A stretch of 60,957 bases of DNA, filler included, from Sphacelaria rigidula (lineage: Eukaryota): NCBI GenBank assembly GCA_964200075.2. It is 5 parts of 5 records of this genome, joined end to end, with 100 filler letters (N's around TTAATTAATTAA, not from the genome) between each part and the next. Parts side by side here need not be neighbours in the genome. Positions count along the whole stretch, not along the records: positions 1 to 12,112 come from CAXNAA020004115.1; positions 12,213 to 24,324 come from CAXNAA020004116.1; 3 more parts are not named here. One strand, written 5' to 3'. Below, piece by piece: positions 1 through 13,012 of the stretch. Positions within the stretch are counted from its first letter, which is position 1; every line of letters starts with the position of its first letter. The notes beneath the pieces were generated by a model. It had not been told where the DNA came from. It did not search any database and was given only the letters and a program-made list of their open reading frames with translations. The position numbers were made by a program, and so were the translations under genes.

Positions 1-137
1 GGATGCGATGTCAATGGTCTGATGACTATGGCATGCATAATCATGAGTACACCCCCCCCTCCAGAGTCACACAATCACTCAATGGTCTGATGACCATGGC
101 ATGCATGGTCATCAGTACACCCCCCCCCCCAGAGTCG
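1..137. repeat. Tandem ~68-bp duplication of a dispersed repeat motif
   Basis: TCAATGGTCTGATGACyATGGCATGCAT..TCAtgAGTACACCCCCCC..CCAGAGTC occurs twice (12-68, 80-136). A reverse-complement copy is at ~45062-45120 in piece 4. Confidence 0.75.
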
Positions 138-896
138 CTGCCGGTGGGAAGGCCAAAATATTAGCTTTTAGCGTGCGACGGAAGTTGTCACGCATGCGTT
201 CACCATGACCGACTGCATACGTTTTGCCTGCGGACGCCAAGATGTACAGAAAAAAAGCCGTGGATTTGCACGCCGCCGCCCAAGGTGCCCCATTTTTCTC
301 CCGGTTCAAAACCATAGACATGGCGCCATCGCTCGTGCCACACAACGTGGTGGGGCGTTGGTGAGGTGGCCGTCGCTGTCGTATATACCCGAATAGCGGT
401 GGAAAACACTTGTCATGTCGAGGCATGATTTGGTTTTCGTCTTCGGTGGGGCGTCGATTCCCCCGTCGAAACTTGCGTCGAATGAAACCTCTCCTCAAAG
501 ACATTCCAACGCAGGTATCCCAACTTTCCACGGAAGTGAGTCGGGGGCTTGAGCAAACGTGAAATCATATTTCGGAACGATACTCAACATCTCAGGTTGT
601 TTGCACTGTTCTCAATACCAACCAACCACGAGCGCGCACGTCGTGCGGGCATCGGCGACAAGCCTGTGAGCAAAGCTTTCACGGTTCGGACGAATGAGAG
701 TTCATCTGGGTTGACTCCCCATGAATGTTGAATGCGAATCATGTCCCAAGGAGTCATCTGGTATAAATTACGGATGGTGAAGCTGTACGTTCAAGCTCAT
801 ACCGCACGAATCACGAACAGTAATCTGTACACTCCAAGCAGTATCAGACGAATCACGAGTGCAAAAATATACGAATCACAATTTCTGTATGGATCA

Positions 897-1497
897 TGGG
901 TGGGAAACATGTACACTTGATTCATTTCGTAGAATCGCCGGTTGGGAGCATGTAAGTAAGATTTATGCTGCATGAGCGGACGTTGGGAACCATATACGCT
1001 TGATTCACCTCGTACGGATGGAAGGCGAGAAACACGTATGATTCATGCTTCATGAACGGAAGTTGGGAAACATGTACGCTTGATTCACGTTGTAGGAATG
1101 GGAGGTGAGGAACGTGTGCATATGATTCATGCTGCATGGATGAAAAGGAAGACACATGTACGCTTGATTCATCTCGTCTGAATGGAAGATGGGAAACATG
1201 ATAATATGATGCATGCTTCATGAGCGGAAAATGGGAAATATGTACGCTTGATTCACCCCGTATGAATGGAAGGTGAGGAACGTGTGCCTATAGTTCATGC
1301 TGCATGGATAAAAGGGGAGATATATGTACGCTTGATTCATCTCGTATGAGTTGAAGATGGGAAACATGATGATATGATTCATGCTCACGAACGGAAGGTG
1401 GAAAACATGTACATGAATCACGTGATTCATGCTGTATGAATCAAAGGGAGAAACACTGCATGTACCCATGATTCATGTGCCATATGAGTGGAAGGTT
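897..1497 (+). repeat. Minisatellite, ~41-43-nt units alternating A/B (higher-order), left block
   Basis: Unit A is GGGAAACATGTACGCTTGATTCAccTCGTAtGAATGGAAGGT. Unit B is GrGGAACrTG..TATGATTCATGCTgCATGrAcGGAAaT. About 14 units. Confidence 0.9.
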
Positions 1498-2239
1498 TCG
1501 TGTGTCTGTTGTCTGTTGTCCGCTGTACAGAGTTTACAGTACTATACTGTGCTGTGCTGTGCTGTACTAGCCGCTGACTGCAGTGTGCTGCCGGTGTGTT
1601 TAAAAAAACTCATGCGAACATGCGGAGGCGACTCTTGCAGTATCGGTGATTTCTGAAGCTGCCTCTCTACTGTTTTGTATATTGCGGGCAACTGTACCGC
1701 AAAACGAAACATGAAAAGCAGAAAGGCTGTTAATAGCTTAGCTCGGGAAAATAAGCAGCTCAAAGAATCACTCTAGGCGCGCAGATGCGTGCTGTGCCAT
1801 GCTGTACCGTACTGTCCGCGAGCTGTAGTATATGCTGCCAGCATTTCCCCGAAAGCTGCTGCGAGGATGCGAGGACGACTCCTGCTGGTGCTGTGTGTTG
1901 TTCGCAAGTGCTTGCAGTATTGTATACAGTAGGTTTGGGTCAACTGTGCCACATAACACGACATGAAACCACAAAAGCTGCCGATGGCGTAGCTCGGAAA
2001 AAATAACTCGCTGGAAAAACTGCTCGGGAAACGCAGACGCATGTGTTGTACTATGATTGATGTGTTACCTGTGAGCACAAAATTAGAAATTGAGTCTATT
2101 GCGGATTTGGCTCTTCAAGGGTTCGCGATCTGTACGCTCTTATTTGGCCCACCTGCTGCAAAAGGTTGCGCCACCGAAGAGTCGCGCCCCATGAAATGAC
2201 AGGCGGGCAACAGCATCTTCTCATAATTTTTATCATATG

Positions 2240-2595
2240 AACAGAAGGTGGGGAACATGTACGTATGACTCACGCTGCATAAATGAAAAGTGGGAAACAG
2301 AACACTTGATCCATTTCGTATGAATTAAAGACTGAGAACATGTACGTATGATTCATGCTGCATGGACGGAAATTGGAAAACATGTACGCTTGATTCACCT
2401 CGTATAAATGGAAGGTTGGAAACATGTAGTTCATGCTGCATGGACGGAAATTGGGAACCGTGTACGCTTGATTCACCGCGTATGAATGGAAGGTGGGGAA
2501 CGCGTACCTATGATTCATGCTGAATGAATGGAAATCGGGAAACCATGTACCTATGATTCACACGATACGAATGGAAGGTAGGAAACGTGTACCTT
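2240..2595 (+). repeat. Same minisatellite, right block
   Basis: Same A/B units in the same orientation, resuming after a ~740-bp unrelated insert. Confidence 0.9.
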
Positions 2596-5500
2596 CGACA
2601 GTATACCGCACAAATTTCGAACTGGAAATGTGTACACTCCAAGTAGTGTCGTACAAACTACGAACCAAAATATGTACAAATCACAACTTGTGTACGAATC
2701 GTATTATTCATTCGTCCGAACCGTGAAAGCTTCCGATCAATGCCTGGCCAGTAATGTGCATCGATACCCCATACGGTCTACAAGACGAAATGATTTGGGA
2801 GTGTCGGTTTACTCCATAGATAGGACAACGCGTGCAGTGTTTACGTTACGTTTGGGCTTCGCTGCATGGTACAGGATGATCCTACTGTACTGCCTCTACA
2901 TTCACGGATACGCGTAAAGCTGTACAGGCTGTGTGAGCACAGCTCTGGGTACCACGGACATGCAGCTGCTATAGCCATCCTTCTGAGTATACTTGTCCTC
3001 GAAAAGGATGTGCTACAAGCAGTTAATCAGCCCCTCCTGCGAGAGTGAAATTTCTTCAGGCTCAGAGAGCGAAGGGCGCTAGGTCCGCAAATAAGTAATG
3101 CACGCGGCTTCTCGCCACCTGGATGCGGTTCATGCGATCTTGTTTCACAAGGACCACACACATGATGCTTTGTTCGTTGCCAGATTTTTCAATTACGTTC
3201 TAGTTACTGAAAGTTAGTCACGCTGGCTTCAAGGCTTGTGTTGTTCCCGCTTGGGTCTCGTCAGCTCCTTGCATTCGTGGGACAAAAATAACGCTAGGTT
3301 TTGGCCTTGTCCGTCCTGGTATAGTGATATATTTCCTGATTCGGCCGTGTGCTGCACAACAGCTTTTGTCTAAACCCTCTACGCACCGCGGCGTCATCTA
3401 CTGCGCTGAAGCTCATGTTTTCCAAGAAAGCCTACAGCATGCGTCTTATCCTCTGTCTTTTTCGTGCTTGACTTGGGAAGTCTCAGCCAGCGGTGAGCTA
3501 AAAACAGTTCCGAGGTTTTTTACAACAGTTTCAGAGCAGACTAATTTCCGTGTTTTTCTTGCCTCTCCTGATCGGCTGAAGGTTACAGTTCTTCAGTCAA
3601 AGGATTTCCGTCACCATACGGTGTGACAACACGGTTTCGGATTTCAACGAAAATCCGCATTAAACGGAACAACCTGTTTCAGGGGTGGGCGGGTCGTTCT
3701 TTGACCCTGCCATGCGATGAGATCAGAGACATTTGGGACATACATGGGAAACTTGCGTTGCAGTATGTTGTTTTCGACCCCAGACTTTGATTTGGACGAG
3801 GCGTGTTGTATTGACGTAGTTTATTTGTAATGTCGATATCATTGCAGTCGCTGTCGTGGGGGGTATTTATTACGTCAGAGGCAGCAGCAATGAATAGATT
3901 TCGTGCATGGGTCTCTCTCCACGGTTCTAGCTCTGATCATTTCGACGAGCATAGCAAAAACACTCGAAACCAACAGGCGGGCATGCGTTCGGTTACGATG
4001 GCGCACGATGAATACCTATACCTCAGCCCTCAACCGCGAAACGCACACTTCAGCGCAGGAGCTTGCGGGGCTTCCTGTACATGCATGCCACTGATTGTCC
4101 TATGGGCATATACTGTGCATGGCCCATTGTGGATAACGTGTGTGGACGTATGTAGACTAAGCCGTGACTTTTGGCATTCAATGTTTTATAAGGCATCCAT
4201 ACTGCTGTCATTTTTCCTTCATCTGGGGAGAAAATGTAGTCCATATGACATATTTTTTTGGGGGGGAAAGACCCGCCTTAGTCTATGCCGAAAAAGCAGG
4301 CAAGAAAAAGTTACGAGTAGTAGAGAGAGGCCTTCGAATGGTCCGTTCGTTCCTCTTCTCGAAATTTCAGGACCCAGCTCTTGAAGCTGGAATGAAAAAT
4401 GCAAGAGGTGGAAGTACAGTCACAAAGGCTTGGAAATCCCATGCAGTACATCATTCTGAAAGTTTCTCCCGGTATTTTGTGCTGGCCGTAACCCTCGAGC
4501 GGCTCCGAGTTGGGCATTGATACTGGTATCGTCGTTCTCGTCTTGATGTGTCGGTAACGCCTACACCGAATTTTGGGATAGTGGACTAAGAACCCATCCA
4601 CGCTGATTTTCGTTCCAAACTGCCCCCTGACTGTTGCCAGCAGGCCGTATGTGGTTTGCCCGTATATTATGAGGCAGTGAAAGTTCCTGAATGACTCATA
4701 TGAGAGCGCGGCGCAGCCCTACGTGACTGTACGGTTGCAGGGAGCCTTCCTGCTTGTCCGATGTCTAGCTGTTGGTTGTGCTGCTTGCCCGGGAGATAGT
4801 TTTCGGTACCCTTCGATGGGACGTGCTTGTACCAACCGTTACTGATACAACGCAAGCACGCGCCTTTACAGTTCTATATCAGGGTGCATCTGTGAACTCG
4901 CAGGGGAATATTGGTTGAGGGCGGTCCTTGTTTCCCCAGAGGGGGTTTGGTTACCATTATTACCGTCATTGATCTCGGTCACCGGTTGACCCCTAACTTT
5001 GGAGATCGGGGAATAGCGACACCCGCTCCGAATTCTGGAAGGGAACATGTTTCTACGATGAACTTTGAACGACTTTCGGGCTCACCGGTCATCGGGGGTC
5101 TTACGAATACTCAGACCCAGCGTTTGACACTCCGCTGTTTTCGCTCCAACTAAACATTCGTAATCGTTCTAGTGTAGAATCGCATTGGATCTGTTGTTTC
5201 AATCTCTAGCTGTTCACTGCGTTACAGCTGGAAAAACGTGTTTTTGGAAGAAAAAAAAACACGAAGAATGCCCCTACCCCCCCGCCCCCCCAGCACCAAG
5301 CGGGTCCTCACCGTCATTGCTCCGACAACGCAAAATTCGGAGATGTAACCCGTGGGTGGACTTCATTTCACCGGTGTCTACCGACTCGAGCACTTCCGTG
5401 TAGAAATGAAACCCAGTCAGCGGTTGAATCCCGAATAAGTGATTTCCTTGGCACCCTACTTGTGGCACGTCCCTCATCTATGGAACATTTGCACGTCTTG

Positions 5501-6845
5501 CTCAATACCCCACTGTCTGTATCGGGTATATGTCATTGTCCATTGTCCACTGTCCACCGCGCTAGGCCTGCCAGGTACCGCTGTAACATTACTTGTGCAA
5601 TATTCGATTCCAGTACTGGTTATCGTGCATGGTGCAAGCGCCTTACAGGACAAGTGGATGCCTCATCCATGACAATCGAGTTGCTGTACGCTGTTGAACA
5701 ACAGGAAATAACTCCCGAAGTGGAAGTCGGTGGCTTCATGTAGCCAGGACATTGTGCCGCCAAACCTCGTCCAACCATTTAGCGCGCCGGACTGTGCTAT
5801 GCCGCGCTGTAGCTATGCTGCGCGAATACTGTGCGTTTCATAGCTACGGTCTGCTAGCACGTTGTACCATACATGTTATGTGGTCTCGATGAATGCCGGC
5901 GAAGTTCTGCGTGCAATGCTGTGATTCGCCCAATGTTGGTGTTGATGTCCATCTTCTAAAGTATATCATAACACCTTGTGGTCATGGTTCAAGAGCGACT
6001 GAAGCTGTCCTGGTGGGTTTCGAATGCGCCTCTGTCCTGATGGCACGTGCCACAGACGGCCACGGCTCAACTCTACCCCCAGTACACTGGAGTGAGACTT
6101 TTCGCACTACCACAGCGTGTACCCTGTATATTTGCACATGAGGGACTGATGTTGGTGTTTCCAACTTGTTGAATCAACTACCGTACATGCCGTCCATACC
6201 GAATGCACCCCCGTTTTTCTTGATACGTCAACAAAACTGACCACCGTCAAGGGAGATATATGTCTGCGTTTTAACGTGCTTGGTCTCTTTTTCCCGGTGA
6301 AGTGTGCCATCGACCTGCCTGTCAGGAGAGAGAGGTAGAAGCACAGCACTTCTGGTTAGAATGACGATGGAGACACACCAAAACCTCAAGATATGACGCC
6401 GGCGTTTGCCGTGATGGAACTATTTCATCGATATCTTCGTACGAACAGTATTTTATGGAAGTCCTGGGCCTTGCTCTGGAGAAAGCTATAATACATTCCT
6501 CGTTGCCCTGGGTGATGCACTGCGTCATCCCCGGTACCTTTCCCTTTTCATTTTTTTTTTCTTCACTTCCACCCCCTTTCCCTTCCTCGGGACGGGTCCC
6601 TAGTCCCAAGGGGATCGGCTCATCTCTCAACCGGTACACGCCTGCATTGTGTCATCGCGGATATTATCAGCGCTCCACACCATGTCGGCTCTCGTCATGT
6701 ACAATATTTGTGCCCGTCATATATCCTCACGTCGACAGCAACGAATCCTCAGGCGGGAAAAAAAAGAGAACCCACATGCATCTGGCGGGATTTGGACCCT
6801 TAATCTTGTGCTTTTATTAAAAGCACCTTTCAGTCAGAGCAGTTA

Positions 6846-6862
6846 GACCCTAACCCTAACCC
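6846..6862 (+). repeat. Short interstitial (CCCTAA)n motif
   Basis: GACCCTAACCCTAACCC, about 180 nt upstream of the ATG at 7042. Confidence 0.55.
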
Positions 6863-7041
6863 AGACCATCGGGCCGCGGCGGCTTGTAGAATGACAATAA
6901 ACCAACACCTTGAGTTAATTGTGGCCGTACCCGAGCACGCCCGCCTCCGCTCCGTTGGCACCCTTTCACGTTACCCTCGTCACCCTTCGACCTCTTTCTC
7001 GTCACTGAAACACAGCGGTAGGGGGGTCGTTCACCCCGACA

Positions 7042-9430
7042 ATGCCGAGCAGCGCCAGCATGAGCGCAGACGGCCTCGGGATTGGAGACGCTAATCTCGG
7101 TGGCGCTTCAGGCGGCGTGGTGACCCTGCCGTTCCCCGCTCCCACTCCCGCGGTAGTGCCTGGATTAGGCAGGCCGAAGCGTGGTGATTGGGCATGTCAC
7201 AAGGTTGGTGCAGTTGCTTTTGCCTCTTTTGGTTCGGCCGCGTGTTTTGTGTACTCCGTCATTCCGGTATGTGCGTATTTTGCCGCCCATGTTGGATCAT
7301 GTTCCCGTGAGGTACCCATTTCAGCCGCCCGATTGCAAAGCTCTCTATTTTTCCACTATAATATGGTGTAGAAGCACTCGTATGTTCAAGTCAAGTCACC
7401 CACGTTCGCCTTGGTATGTTTGAACTCAAGAGGAATACCGGGCATACTTTCTCAGTCGGCGGTGTAGGCACGCCATGTCGAGTCCTGGGCCCGGTCAAAG
7501 TAATACGTATGCCCATGGTACGATCCATATCCTGTGAGGCGAAGGGTCCGTGTTAGCATGTACATCTGAGTGCACGAAATATCACGCCGACAGAGACAAC
7601 CAACTCACGTAAAGTTGCTTATCCACGTCACACATTGATTGGTATGATCGGTTCGTGACGTGGAGCGAGGCCTGTCTTGGTCATGGTCTCCATGTATAGT
7701 CTTCGGATGTCTGAGCTTGGTGAAATGTCATTGCTTGCTTGCTCGCCCCCGAGTCAAGCAGCGGGTCCATGCCATACAAGTTCTCCGCTCCCGCCGCCGT
7801 AGCCTTACCCATTCTCCCCCACCCCCCAGTGCACAGACCGAGCAGCCCCAAGCTCAAGCTTTACTGTGATCTGTTGGAAGAGATTAGAGGGTGTGGCATC
7901 CCATTGCATGTCCTCATGGTACAAATACGACTTAATTATTAGACCGCGAAGAATTTCGAATCTTCACTGCAGGAGCACCCGTTCTCAAACGTCAATACCG
8001 TATTGTACATCAAGTGGTTCATTTGGATACTTGAGCTCTCGAATGTACGTTTCGCGATCAAAGGATCAACAGATGAAAAGATCAATCGCGGCAGAGCATT
8101 TGGACACGTGTATCTATACCTGTCAGCGTATTCATTGTTTTCACGAATACCCACCTTACCGTCGCTGCTACTGCATACGCATCCACGCCACGGTGCACAG
8201 TGCCACGCTCTGAACTTTGCGCGGAGAGATAACTGCTTCGGCTGCGGTATTCCTGGGGGAGGCACGAGCATCAAGGGCTTCTCGAGCTTGGTGCCCACCA
8301 AGGTGTTGCGAATATCAGGGCTCAGGCGCGGAGTCACAGCTGACGACGTAAGTCGGTTGGATGACTTTAGTATGACCATGTTTCAAGGATCTGGGGTGGG
8401 TCGTGATTGTGTGTCCGCACACTGCGGAGCACGAAATCGGTGTACTATGTAATGTTGAGCTAGTGTAGATGCGTGCCTTGAAAGCAGGCGTGGCGGAGAC
8501 ACTCGTGGGTAGAGGTTATGAAACGGGCTAGGCAGCCAGTACAGCTTGTTAACCGCATGGATTTGGAGCGCGCAACGTTTTTCGCATATGCTACACGTTA
8601 AATGTCTCCCACCCACATCTGCGACATCGAGTAGTAGAAAGGTGTTGCGTATTCTTTAAAACTGTTGTGGAACATTTTTTGTTCCACACCACGTCAGCGG
8701 ATGATCTGCCGATGTTTCAGAAGTGTTCCATGCTAGGCACAACATCTGATAGCGACTGGGCGACTAATTGTCAGCGTGTACACCCTGCGGATGTTATATT
8801 TCCACAGCATAAATGGCATCATCTGCGGCTATCGTCCTAGATCACAGGAATATGAAAAAAATACTACGATACTGTAGGAAGCGTGCTGCTTCACCCCCGA
8901 TCTGCCTTCGTCGAGAACCTGGCTCCGGATTTTGTGTTGTCTTATGTTTGTGTTTCCTACGTCACTCGCTTCAAGCTGTCGACACAGTTCGTCCGTGTTA
9001 CCCACGTCTTCTTCTCCCACTCGTGTCACGTCTCAAGTATTAACCCACTGACCCACCCACCCATCGCGGGTTGTGCACATCCCAGGTGGTACAAGCGCTG
9101 AAAGAGTTCGCACCAGTCGCGGATGCTCACATCGTGGGAGACACATACTCGGGGCGTTACCTTCCCATTTGCTACGCTGAGTTCTCGTCGGTGGAACACG
9201 CGCAGCACACGCTAGACACAGCTGGCGGGGGCAGAGGCCTCGTCATCAATGGCGCTACGGCGCCGATGACCTTTGCGGCGAACGGCAAGGCCCCATCCTC
9301 GTCGTCAGAATCGGCCAATAAAAATTTTCAGCAGCGCCAGACTGCCGCAAGGCTTGCCGAGCTCGAGTCGGCGGAGGTTGGGCAGGAGTCGCGAGAGCGT
9401 GACGAGGCTCGACAACAGGCTCGAGAAGAG
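7042..9430 (+). CDS. RanBP2-type zinc finger + RRM RNA-binding protein (RBM5/RBM10-like), 5' part; exons 7042-7203, 8201-8347, 9086-9430
   Basis: Phase-0 GT-AG introns join GDWACHK|CHALNFARRDNCFGC, matching the RanBP2 pattern W-x-C-x2-C-x3-N-x6-C-x2-C. An RRM follows (KVLRISGL...SGRYLPICYAEFSSVEHA), then a charged coiled segment. A donor at 9431 shows the gene continues. Confidence 0.88.
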
Positions 9431-10220
9431 GTGCGCGTCGCGGTTGTTTGTGATGTGCTTCTATTCGGTGACCGAGTATTGCACCCCGCGCACTCGAGAT
9501 GATAGCAATGTCGTGAGAAGTTGTGCACCTCCGGTAAGGGAGTGTGAAAAGTGCAACACTCTACAGACAGACACAGAGAAAGTGCCCTGGGGGAAACGAT
9601 GACTTCGTGGCGGGGGTGTGTGTGGTGCTATTCAGGTGATGGAGTATGGACGCTCCCGGTGGTGACATCTTGTAATGAGGCGTGTAACGTCGTTTTCCCT
9701 TCATTCTATGGAAAAATGACGTGAACGGCTATGAACTCGTTATGACCCTTGCAAGATTTCATCCATGGCGTAGATGTGACCGAGCTGGCAGCTGGCCGAG
9801 CTGTCGGCTGTGGTAAAGGTCTGAGCCGTTGACGCCCGATACCGGTGAACGAGAAAGGCGTCGGTCATACACACGGGGTCCTTGCCATTGCTCATGATCC
9901 CGTTGTTGCGCTGCGAGGATCGGCAGCAACTGCCATGAACAATTTCCCACAATCTTGCACAGAGCAGTTGCATCGTTTTGGTGAGGACGTGGAGTGATTT
10001 GCGCCGATGCTCCTAGTCGGTCAAGCGCTTCACTTTTCGGTTTACCCGATCATGACGATATTTTCGGACATGTTGCACAATCTCGTTTCGGGTGTTATTT
10101 TTTCAAGTATTTCTCCACCCGCTTTGCATGAGAGCAGTACTAGCGTCCACTTTTCCTTCCCCTGTCACCTTTGGACGATCTCGTATTGGTCTTGTGATGT
10201 TATGGGGATCACTATGATTT

Positions 10221-11438
10221 TACAGGCTGGGCCAGCCTACAAGCGGATTTGTACTTTGCAGGCGAATTCGCAATCTATTTCTTGGAGTTAAAAAGTGAAA
10301 TTTGGTATGGACAATCAACAGGGCATGATGAAAAGCTGTCTGTGAGGTCCCAACGATTGTTTTTAAATTCGTGAGTTAAGGGCATTTTACTAAAACCTCA
10401 AAACTGATTTTTGCCTTTAACTCACGAAAAAAAAAATTGCCGGGACCTCACAGACAGCGTTTCTTCATGCCCTGTTGTTGATTTTCCGTACCAAATTTTA
10501 CTTTCCAACTCCAAGAAAACAATTGCGAATTTACGTCTGAAAAACCGAGGCTGCGGAAATCCGGAACAGTATTGTGCAGGCCGTTTATCGGCCCACGTTT
10601 GGTGTTTGTGGGTTGACCCTTTATGCGGGACCTTGCTAGGTCGTGATGAACCAAGAAAAATGGGTGAGTTTTTTTTTTCTTCTCTTCACTTATTGAGGGC
10701 GTCTTAGTTCGGCAACGATGATTATTCTACGAAAACGCCCAAACTTCTCATGAAAAAAAAAACGAAGACCCATTTTTTGTTTTTGCTCAGCATACCTCTG
10801 TCGTTTTCCAAGCCAAGGTTCAAATCACAATTCTCAAAATTGAGCTGAAAAATTGAGATGAGGCCCAAGACCAATGCTTATTTCTGCTCAAAACCCCCCT
10901 AAAAACACGAAAAAAGATGAGAAAATACGAAAAAAACCCTCGTAAAAGCTGTGTTTTTTATTTCATTATGCACTAGAGGTTCTCCATACCAAATTTCATG
11001 CCACAACTCTCAAAAACTGAGACGCGATATCCAGATTTAGGTCATCTAGTAGTGCCTCTACTCGTAATATACTGATTTTAGTATGGAACCTTTTTGCGCC
11101 ATTTCTCGAGATAGATAACGAATTAGGTGAAAGTGAGGGTATCTATCGTCTCCCCGTGCTCCGGGGTAGGTCCACACCAAAAATCGTCATCATCCGCTTG
11201 ATCGATCGTTCGGGGCTCCATAAAGATTTTCGTGTGGACGCTATCTCCGCTAGGTATAGGAACTACTATACATGGGGTTTACTCGACGAGAAAAATTGGC
11301 CCAGATTTTTGAGCAGATGGGCACCTTTTCCTTGATTAGACAATTAATGCGATATGCGGATCACGGCCCAACTCGTCTGTGTCGTTGAGATATCGCTTTG
11401 AGAGGTTAAATCCGTTTTTTAGGCTGGCCCAGTTCGTA
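10221..11438. mobile_element. Non-autonomous TIR element (~1.2 kb), TA-flanked, Tc1/mariner-like ends
   Basis: Left end TACAGGCTGGGCCAGCCTA, right end TAGGCTGGCCCAGTTCGTA. AT-rich, non-coding interior. Related ends occur at 24062, ~47564 and ~52005. Confidence 0.75.
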
Positions 11439-12112
11439 AGTGCCGACCTTTTTCGACGCGGGAAAAAATGATGATTTTTCACGAAAGTTACCGAAGTTTC
11501 GAGGGAATGTAGATGGTGAAAAATGTTTCAACCGCCTGTATGTTGATGAAGCACTTTTGCAACTATCGCGCCTTCATTAACATAATGAACGTGGAAATCA
11601 CAGCAGGCACCGTCCTGCACCGATATTATTAAGAACCGCACGAGCAACGAAAACAGTGGAAAATTCTGTCTCTCGCTGGAGGTTTGGCAAGGAAGTATTT
11701 TTTCAGCTATCGAACGAGCCATGAGAGGTCGCCTGCCAGCTGCTCGTGCTCAACATGGAACTCGCGGGTAATGCTGCCGCAGCAACTAGTACAGTGCACT
11801 GCTTACAGTACGTTTGGAACGTTACAGTCGGTCTTGGCAGTCGGAAGACAGCTGCGCTAGCTGGAGTAATGTTGGCGCTGACGTCGATTGTCGCAGCCCG
11901 TCCAGTACTGGATGTATTTCAGACAAAACAAGTCTAGTGTGCCTGTAGCCAAGCAGGGACGAGTCTCGTAGTTATATCGCATTTGCTGGCACCATCTCTG
12001 CGTGTTGTCTGGCTACGTGGGCACAAGGGCAATGGCCTAGAAAAGTATACCTTCTCGTTTTTTGCTAAGAAAGGTATGAAAAAATGGCCAGAAACGCGAA
12101 AACAGCCTAACA

Positions 12113-12212
12113 NNNNNNNNNNNNNNNNNNNNNNNNNNNNNNNNNNNNNNNNNNNNTTAATTAATTAANNNNNNNNNNNNNNNNNNNNNNNNNNNNNNNN
12201 NNNNNNNNNNNN
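12113..12212. other. Artificial contig linker
   Basis: N44-TTAATTAATTAA-N44, with stops in all six frames. Confidence 0.98.
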
Positions 12213-13012
12213 CAGAGAGATTTGGCAAAATCCCGCTGTCTGCAAATTGTGGCCAGTTTCCAGAGACTTTTTTCATGAAAAGTGGCCTTATAAGGTCGCG
12301 TTCTGAAAAAACTTTGTGGAGATTGACCAAAACGACTTTTTTTCAGTCTTTCTTCAGTCTATAAGAAGCGGCCTGAGAGAGAGAAGTGGTCAACTCATGA
12401 ATTAATCGTTTCAGTTGCGAAATGATCCTCCATGAGGCCTGATACGCTTTCCGTTGTAGCTTGCCACTGAAGCCCGTGACATTCCTGAGTAGGATATGGA
12501 CGTGTAGTAGTAAACACACTCCAGTGTCACAAGCAATGAAGACACACAGAGAGTGAAAAACTGGTCAAGTTAAGAAGCGAATGATGAGACCCACTGTCAA
12601 TCAACGCTCTATTCTTGATATCACGGAAACATTGTTGACAGTAGACCACTCCGCGGCGGCCGAGTTGCGTTTTTTCACATGGTGGATGATGCTGTGGATC
12701 GGATTGCGACAAGCGACTTTGACGGCGCTGTATTGCCCGGATAAAATCTAACGTCTTTTGGCCGCGCAAAACGCGACCGCTCCTTTTCAGGAATGCTGCA
12801 GTGCATTTGGTTGCCTGATATTGTTAGTCTCCAAATATTTGAGTTGCAACCTGCTTCCATGACTTTGATTGTGGTAGGGCCTCCTTACCTAACCACCCTG
12901 CTGGGGACCTGTGGTCTTTTTTCGGCACACAGTTGTACTAGTTCTTAGTATGGTGTGTTTCTCAGTCATTAAACTGTATCTTTCTGTTTTCTCCTTTCTT
13001 CCCCCCCCCCCT

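Larger units (their letters stand above)
673..2732. mobile_element. Non-autonomous TIR DNA element (~2.06 kb)
   Basis: Perfect 25-bp inverted repeats: AAGCTTTCACGGTTCGGACGAATGA (673-697) and TCATTCGTCCGAACCGTGAAAGCTT (2708-2732). Similar subterminal blocks at ~826-895 and ~2631-2700. No transposase ORF. Confidence 0.8.

Noticed and set aside
112..531. Homology of this ORF to 43189-43584
   Set aside because: Only a few residues align by eye, which is not distinguishable from chance without a search.
922..1469. Repetitive ORFs over the minisatellite
   Set aside because: They are by-products of the tandem repeat; frames break between units and there are no splice signals.
897..2595. CRISPR-like array
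   Set aside because: The units are contiguous degenerate tandem repeats with no unique spacers, no cas genes and a eukaryotic context.
5900..6760. Divergent minus-strand gene upstream of the RBM5-like gene
   Set aside because: Several acceptor-like sites exist, but no consistent exon chain or recognisable domain.
12157..12168. TTAATTAATTAA as a biological motif
   Set aside because: It is identical in all four N gaps and is a synthetic six-frame stop spacer.
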